From positions 62,001 to 126,000 of the forward strand of contig NIVC01000309.1 in NCBI GenBank assembly GCA_002269645.1: a stretch of 64,000 nt of DNA. The letters are read 5' to 3'. Of this stretch, positions 56,801 through 64,000 are shown in pieces. The position numbers were made by a program, and so were the translations under genes. Source of the DNA: Macrostomum lignano (lineage: Eukaryota). The notes beneath the pieces were generated by a model. That model was given only the letters and a program-made list of their open reading frames with translations. It did no database searches and had not been told where the DNA came from. How positions within the stretch are numbered: position 1 is the stretch's first letter; each line of letters starts with the position of its first letter.

Positions 56801-59643
56801 CAATTTACACGGGGGCTCGGTCCACTGTTCGTATGAGCTACTTCGAGGACACGGACAACACAACAAGAGGTTTTTGCAACCCTCTGAAGTCAAGCACCAA
56901 CTACAGTATCTACAGCTGGAGCCCGACTGTGCTTCGACCGAGATACGAGCAGAGCTTTTCGATGCTGGATCCGTACTTTTTGTGAGTTTGGGCAACTTTT
57001 GCTCTAAAAATGTTATTTTTGAGTCATTGCTGGTAAAAAACCTACCGTGTAAATGTAAAAAGCCGTTTTACTTTTTATATGTTGTGAGATTGTATTTCCG
57101 TTGATTTGTTTAAAAAATGAAAATGCAAATTCTTTCTTTTCGCAAATGATATCGATATCGCTTTTGACGAGCTAAATGGGAATTTGGACAATCAAAACGG
57201 GACGCAATAGACATTCAAGCCAGGCCAGAGACTACACAACCATAGAATGTGAAATGGACAATCAAAATGAAAAAAAGCCATTCAAAACGCGAATTCGCCC
57301 AATGTAATGTATTTTTTATATCTCGGGCCACTGGAATATTTAAAAGTGAAGAAAGTGCTACAGGAATTGGTGGCGCCATTGAATGGGATCGCTTTCAGGC
57401 CAAAGACGAGCAAGCAGGGGATGGAGGGACAGAGAGCTATAAAATCTCAGTCCAATTCCCGTTTTGAATCACTTTTTACCATATTGAAGGTCCAAAGTTA
57501 TAGTCTATGGCCAAGCCTCCCTCAGTAGACTCTGCTAAACTGTTTAAGTCCATGACTAGGGTGTGATCTGTGGCCTGGCTTGAATGTCTATGGCGTCCCG
57601 TTTTGATTGTCCAAATTCCCATTTATATCGCCAAAAGCGATAATACGAAGCTCATTGTCTAGCAATTTGACGATCATTGTTTATTTGTTACAATATCGCT
57701 TACAATAGTCGTTTTTAATCACTGCCTTCAACTTTCTACTTCGACATTCCAGCGAATTCAACAGCAGCAGCTGGGTCTTCGACGACAACCAGGAGTCTTG
57801 CGCCAATCTCGCCGTTGTCGAAGAGTTCGTTGGAAAGTGCGGCTGCCTGCCGTATCCGCTGCCAATTCCGACAAAGTACATCAACATTCCCGACTGCTTT
57901 ACTTTGGAGAACTCCAGTTCAGCCGGCATCGACCAGCTGTTGACAACCGAGGCCTGTGCCATAAACTTGTTCAACCAGTTTGAGACGCTCACTGAAACCT
58001 TCTGGGCGAAGTGCAGGCCGAACTGCAGAAAGCCAAAATACTTGACGCAGCTGGTGAGTCAGGCTTAAGACCAGTTGCCCAGAGATTCTAACAAGAAAGA
58101 AACAAACAAGAAAGCAACTGACGAGGTGACTAGGTAGTGTATAGGTTTTTTTAGGTAATTATTTTTACTATGGTGCTTTCAATAATTTGATATGACTTGG
58201 CCTTTTCTTATAACCCTGTTGATATTCGTAGAGCCTTTGTTTAAAAACTCAGGGTTCTCTGTTAATTCAAAATTCCACATGCATGTCCGGTGCCTAAAAA
58301 TCATAAAATTGGCATACGATCGTATATTAGCCTTTTGTTCTAAACGAAAAGCTCTACGAATATCGATAGAGCTACAAGAAAGGCAAATCATGTCAAAAGA
58401 TGAACTTCGGGTCTGCTTCCAATAAAAATCAATTACAATTTTTTGTGCTGAAAAAATTAAATCCTCCATTCTCCGTAATGTTTTTTTCGGTAAAACCTGC
58501 CTCTTGAACATCTCCTTCTTCTCCATCTCGTCCTTCTACTTGAGAATTTACACTTATAACTAGATGATTGATGAATGCTTCGTGTTAAGACTGACCAAGG
58601 TAAGAAAGAACTTTTGAGTCAAGAATCGCTTGAGAAGTTTGTTTAACGTCACGAACATCAAACAATACGTGTTCGACATTCATTTCAGTGCAAAAGTGCA
58701 TTCTTACTTTGACTTAGCACCAGGGGGTTCTGGGAATCCGGATACAGCGGGGAGGCGTTGTCGCCCATTCCGCTAACCCCTGGCAACCACAGGCAGCTGG
58801 TGCTGCGGTGTCGCGCAGGGAGATCCGGTTGTGCCGGTGTTCGCTGCGCGGTCCCCCTCCGGTCCCCTCGCTCGCCCGGCTGCCCTAGGCTAGCGGATGA
58901 GCTGGCAGAGATTCTCGGGCCTGAAAACGGGTCGAGGTAGATGAGCCTGTCCTGAGTAGAGGCGGGGCATTCTCAGATGAAGTGCTCTGCATTTTCAACA
59001 ATGGAAAGGCGCTAGGAGGGCGCTAGCACACTTCTCCCTGTGCTTGGTTGCCACCTACTGGTTAAATCCAAGTGGTGACAATTACAAAATGTCTATAAGA
59101 AGCTTGTTGCGACAACAGAACCAAATTTTGAGTATTTCCAGCTGAGAACAACTAGTTTTGTTTCCAACCTTCCAGACGACTCAGCCGTGGCCCGACGCGT
59201 CCCACGCCGCTTACAACGCGACGCTGCAGTCGCTCACTTCGCTGGTCGGCTTCCCGAAGCAGGTGAGCCCCGACCAGGGCCTGGCCATGCTCTACTACTC
59301 CTACCTGCAGGGTGAGCAGCTGATCCAGCCCAGCTCGGTGAAGCGCTTCAGCCAGTCGCTGGCCATGCGAGAGGCGGCTCGCAGCAACCTGGCCTGGATC
59401 CGGGTCGAGGCCGAGTACCCGATCGGGTCCGGCAGCGCCCAGGCCGACGGATATCCGGTGGAGAATCTGCTGGCCGAGATGGGCGGCATTCTGGGTCTGT
59501 ACTGCGGCGTCTCGGTGCTGACCATCTGCGAGCTGATGGACCTGGTGGGCCGCCTGCTGCACCGTGCCGCGCTGCGGTGGATGCGCCGCAGTCAGGTTGG
59601 CAGCTCCAACGCCAAGCTGAAGGAGCCGTCAACGAATTTATAG
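53895..59643 (+). CDS. DEG/ENaC channel subunit 2 with two kringle domains, ~883 aa: join(53895..54420, 55189..55428, 55520..55645, 55898..56290, 56384..56981, 57753..58053, 59176..59643)
   Basis: Same motifs and exon structure as gene 1. Phases are consistent (2652 nt = 884 codons); intron 2 donor AG|GCAAGT; ends EPSTNL. Confidence 0.9.
57158..57640. mobile_element. TA-flanked MITE (Tc1/mariner-like) with ~82-bp imperfect TIRs, in channel 2 intron 5
   Basis: TCGCTTTTG...AAATGGGAATTTGGACAATCAAAACGGGACGC.ATAGACATTCAAGCCAGGCCA (57158-57240) matches the reverse complement of 57559-57640. TA at 57156-57157 and 57641-57642. Confidence 0.85.
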
Positions 59644-60497
59644 CAATCAGATGCTATCAAAACTCGGTAGCATCAGCTATGAAGACTAAAGATGCGTGTA
59701 TTTTTTTTCATTCTAACCCCTCTTTTCTTCTCACTCGCACGTCGAGGTATAACATTTTAACCAACGTGAATCCAGCACTTTTAAGCTGACTATCTGATTT
59801 CACAAGCATGTGATCATGTATCTCGTCTATAACATTTTCACCGGTACTCGTAACGGATCTAGAAGTTACCATTGCATCAGGTTTTAATATTCGCATTCTA
59901 CAGTAAATTATTTGAGTGCCTATGATCTGTTGCCGAGGGGCTTCATGAGTTTGTGGGCTTTGCGTGGATGCGCTTTGCATGTTTGTGCTGTGTCACCTTT
60001 GCCATAACCTTATAAAGAAACTTGATTTTTCTGCCCGAAGCCGCACCTGTCAGTTACTGATTGCTATAAAACTTCTTCTTTGCTTGTATGATTGCACTAT
60101 ACAACTAGGAAGATGCGTAAAATAAAGGAACAAACATTCTCTTTGAATAAAATTATCGTTTGGTGTATTAGCTACTGGGCACCGATCTCAAATATGCTGC
60201 AAATGCTTATCCAGCTATTCTAAAGCTACTATAGAGCTTTGCATAGATTTAGTGGGATGGAAGAAGTTCGTGGGGGGGGGGCATTGGGAAAGCTAAGGCC
60301 AATGAAAAAGGAAACCAGCTCTTGTGTTTTCTTCCCTCAGCATCTCTGTGGGACTTACAAGCGGCTACACTATTCTGTAGTCAATGGCAACCAGCCGCCT
60401 ACTCAACTTTGGCTCCTAAATAAAGGATAAATTTAAGAGTTAGCCCCCGCCGTCGAAAGGCCCCTCACCGAAAAAGTAAAGCAATAAAAGCATCGAA

Positions 60498-62541
60498 ATG
60501 AGAGAAGATAAAATGCCAGACACGCCTCAAGTTGAGAATAGCGGCAAACAACGAAGCGATTCCTCAGAAGCCGACAAGACAGACGAACGCGACGCGTCGG
60601 TCTCGGTGTCGCTGCTGAGCTTCGCAGATTCCACCACTGCTCACGGGTTCTCTCGGCTGGCCGGCTCCTCAGGTCGAACTGGCAGCGGCCTGTGGCTGCT
60701 GTTTCTGCTGGCGGCCTACGCGGGCCTCTGCTACCACACTGCCACGCTGGTCCTCAAGTTCCAGAGCCACCCGGTGTCCACCAGCCTGATTGCGGAGGTT
60801 CCATTCCAGTATCCGGATATCTACCTGTGCAGCGCCAATCCTGTAGGCTACAGCCGCATCACCAAGTCCATCCAGAAGACGGCCGACTACGCCTACCTGT
60901 ACGAGACCAACGTGACAGCTTACAACTTGAAGCTGCAATTCGATGTTGAAAACAATTCGGCTGCTGAAGTAAGCCGGGGAATATATACTGGTTGGTTGAA
61001 CTGGCAGTCAGTGATATTGTCCAGCAAGATTGACTCGGCTCGAGGTAAGGGTACAGAATTTGTGTCTTTATACGTAGTACTCATAGCATATTGCAGTCAG
61101 TTTAAGCTTGGAAGCAGTTGACTTTATTCCAGAGTGGCGGAAATTTATAGTACACGCATACAATAGAACAATATAGAACACTGGAATGGCTACATGTAGT
61201 TCAGGATTAATGAAAAGTTCACAAAATAAAATTCAGTCTGCAAAGGTATCTGATCACTGATCCTTCTCTATGCTTCTCTATACTTCATACCTATCTTCCT
61301 CTTCCAAGCTCATGTCGGTCCTTTTTGTCGGTACTTCCTAGAAGGATAAAAAGGTCTTGAAGACGCAGGAGATTGAGCAACAACAGGTCTGTACTGCCCT
61401 GTTCGGGGTCGATGATTAGCATTTGGTAGCTACGGAAAGGATTTTGTTATGGCTCCACCAGTCCAACCTTTGGGCCATAGACTATAGATAGCAATAGTAG
61501 AGAGTAGCGTTTTGTCTCTCTGGATTAAAGTGAACTCCTTCTTGCTCCTTAAATTGTAGCTCGTAACATGTAACACATTGTGCCCTAACTTGCATGTACA
61601 GAGGACTATGTTTATAGATCAATGTTCATAGAGAAGGGCCTAGCCTACACTAATAAACGCAGTAACTTTAGATAAAACTTTCAAAGGAAAAACTTTATGA
61701 TGTTTACCAAAGAATACTGAGGTTACAATGGGATAAACGGAACAACAGATCACACAAAGTGCGCCAAGTGTAACCTTTTTTATACAAAAATGTTCCTCGA
61801 AATACATGAAAAAAAATTTATGTTTCACATTTATCGTCATTACTATATTTTGCAGACCTTCTGAACAGCTGTCGGATCTCTCTGCATGGCCAGGAGTTCA
61901 CAGGAAACTACACCACAGCGCTCACCTACAACCAGAGCTTGCAGCCGGTCCGAGTGCCCTGCCTCACCTGGTCGGAGGCCCGATTGCTTGTGAACAATAT
62001 TTCATCCGCCATTGGCAATCTGGTGCCCAAACTGAATCACTCTTCGTGCGTCTACAACTCCAGTCTAAACATCTCGCTGATCAAGGATGTGTTAGGTAAG
62101 TTCCGTTTCTCTGGAAATGTTCAAAGTCCAAGAACACCGGGCGGCTTTTACAGAAGCAGTCAACATCGCTTTAGTTGGTTTGCTCAAAGGCTTTAAACAA
62201 CTGATTTCCTATTACTTCAACGTCCCGCTCTTCTGATGCTAATTATCGGCAGTGGCAACAGGCTAATTAATATTTGATTTTGTTTCATATGCTCACCTTC
62301 TTGTCATTTGGCAGTCTCTTTTTCAACCCCAATCTCGCTTCTCCACTGCATCGCTTTGTCACACAACTAAAAAAATTCTGCGCTCTCATTCACAGTAAGA
62401 AAACGTTTACATTCTCAGGTTCCAGCATCTCAGACAACAGCTACATCATTGGCAGCGTGCTGCAAGGCCCGCTCTGCTTCCACAGATCTGCCAGCAGCGG
62501 CAGCGGACTGGACATCAACTACTGCGGCGTTCCGTATTGCA
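60498..62541 (+). CDS. DEG/ENaC channel subunit 3, 5' part only (N-terminus, TM1, first kringle): join(60498..61044, 61856..62095, 62419..62541); expected to continue beyond the window
   Basis: Homologous to exons 1-3 of genes 1 and 2 with the same phases. Exon 4 is not found before 64000. Confidence 0.85.
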
Positions 62542-62715
62542 GTGAGTGAAAAAAATGTCTGTTGTTCAGGTTTAGTTTGACTATTTTTAGGCGGCAGCTA
62601 GCAAAGAGACAGCAAAAAGTATAGCATTTTGCAAGCTAGTAGAGACTATGAGCAAGCAATTTAATCCAAGATAGCAAAGCACATGCATTTTGAGCCTCAC
62701 TGCTGGTTCTCTATG

Positions 62716-63626
62716 GTGTGTCAAACCATAGACAATGTGTGTCAAAGTGTGTCAAACCATAGACAATGTGTGTCAAAGTGTGTCAAACCATAGACAATAT
62801 GTGTCAAAGTGTGTCAAACCATAGACAATGTGTGTCAAAGTGTGTCAAACCATAGACAATGTGTGTCAAAGTATGTCAAACCATAGACAATGTGTGTCAA
62901 AGTATGTCAAACCATAGACAATGTGTGTCAAAGTGTGTCAAACCATAGACAATTTGTGTCAAAGTGTGTCAAACCATAGACAATGTGTGTCAAAGTGTGT
63001 CAAACCATAGACAATGTGTGTCAAAGTGTGTCAAACCATAGACAATGTGTGTCAAAGTGTGTCAAACCATAGACAATTTGTGTCAAAGTGTGTCAAACCA
63101 TAGACAATATGTGTCAAAGTGTGTCAAACCATAGACAATGTGTGTCAAAGTGTGTCAAACCATAGACAATGTGTGTCAAAGTGTGTCAAACCATAGACAA
63201 TGTGTGTCAAAGTGTGTCAAACCATAGACAATGTGTGTCAAAGTGTGTCAAACCATAGACAATGTGTGTCAAAGTGTGTCAAACCATAGACAATGTGTGT
63301 CAAAGTGTGTCAAACCATAGACAATGTGTGTCAAAGTGTGTCAAACCATAGACAATGTGTGTCAAAGTGTGTCAAACCATAGACAATGTGTGTCAAAGTG
63401 TGTCAAACCATAGACAATGTGTGTCAAAGTGTGTCAAACCATAGACAATGTGTGTCAAAGTGTGTCAAACCATAGACAATGTGTGTCAAAGTGTGTCAAA
63501 CCATAGACAATGTGTGTCAAAGTGTGTCAAACCATAGACAATGTGTGTCAAAGTGTGTCAAACCATAGACAATTTGTGTCAAAGTGTGTCAAACCATAGA
63601 CAATGTGTGTCAAAGTGTGTCAAACC
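62716..63626. repeat. 31-bp minisatellite (CCATAGACAATGTGTGTCAAAGTGTGTCAAA)
   Basis: Visible periodicity. Confidence 0.97.
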
Positions 63627-63785
63627 CAGGGACAACTAAAACCCTCGGGACGCGAAACGAGCCAATTCATGGCAAAAAGTCTGAGGGGCTCGCTTAAAAG
63701 TATTGTTCTATGGCTTTTTCAAGTCTTCTCTGCTATCAGGCATTAACGGTTAGATTAAATAGTAAAGCGAGGCAATGTCGAGTAT

Positions 63786-64000
63786 TTAATTTAAAGAATA
63801 GGAACCTTTCGTCAAAAGTTTGTACATTTCGTCAAACATAATTACGCAGTTTCGCTGAGCTCCTGATAGACTAGCAAAAACTGACTGGATCACATCGGCT
63901 GCGTCGGTTTCTGTGCCAACTTCTCCTGTACCTGCTAGTTGCAGCTGCAGCGTTCGGGGATGAGGCAATTGCAATAGCTTCCGTAGGTAAGAGTAAGCCG
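63786..64000 (-). mobile_element. Fragment of a P-element/THAP9-type transposase
   Basis: QLPHPRTLQ...VFASLSGAQRNCVIMFDEM resembles the P-element transposase pattern LPS.RTL....C.L.FDEM (first catalytic D). Degenerates after that and is cut by the window edge. Confidence 0.55.

Noticed and set aside
58840-58945. Possible HDV-like or hammerhead ribozyme in a GC-rich intronic insert
   Set aside because: A P3/L3-like element is present, but P1 and P2 partners could not be paired, and the hammerhead core reads CGGATGA rather than CTGATGA. An Infernal search would settle it.
15283-62541. Functional link between the neuropeptide convertase and the DEG/ENaC cluster
   Set aside because: They are 25 kb apart with another gene between; proximity alone is not evidence without synteny or co-expression.

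Overview
Eukaryotic (animal) genomic DNA: spliceosomal genes with GC-rich codons and introns full of minisatellites. The style and gene content suggest a free-living flatworm such as Macrostomum (inference only). Left to right: the 3' end of an orphan single-pass membrane-protein ORF; a deleted IS630/Tc1/mariner element; minisatellites; the last two exons of an orphan Ser-rich gene (-); a hAT MITE; an intronless proprotein convertase 2 (PCSK2-like, -) with Asn instead of the PC2-diagnostic oxyanion Asp; a 7-exon, apparently RING-less PDZRN3/4 (Slip1-like) gene (-); and, head-to-head with it, at least three tandem DEG/ENaC channel genes (+). The main result: each channel carries atypical kringle domains (two in each complete gene) inserted in the finger region of the ectodomain. 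The paralogues are mosaics of near-identical pore/palm tracts and diverged kringle/thumb exons. Exon coordinates were derived by hand from splice sites and frame continuity. Protein family calls rest on recalled motifs, not database searches.
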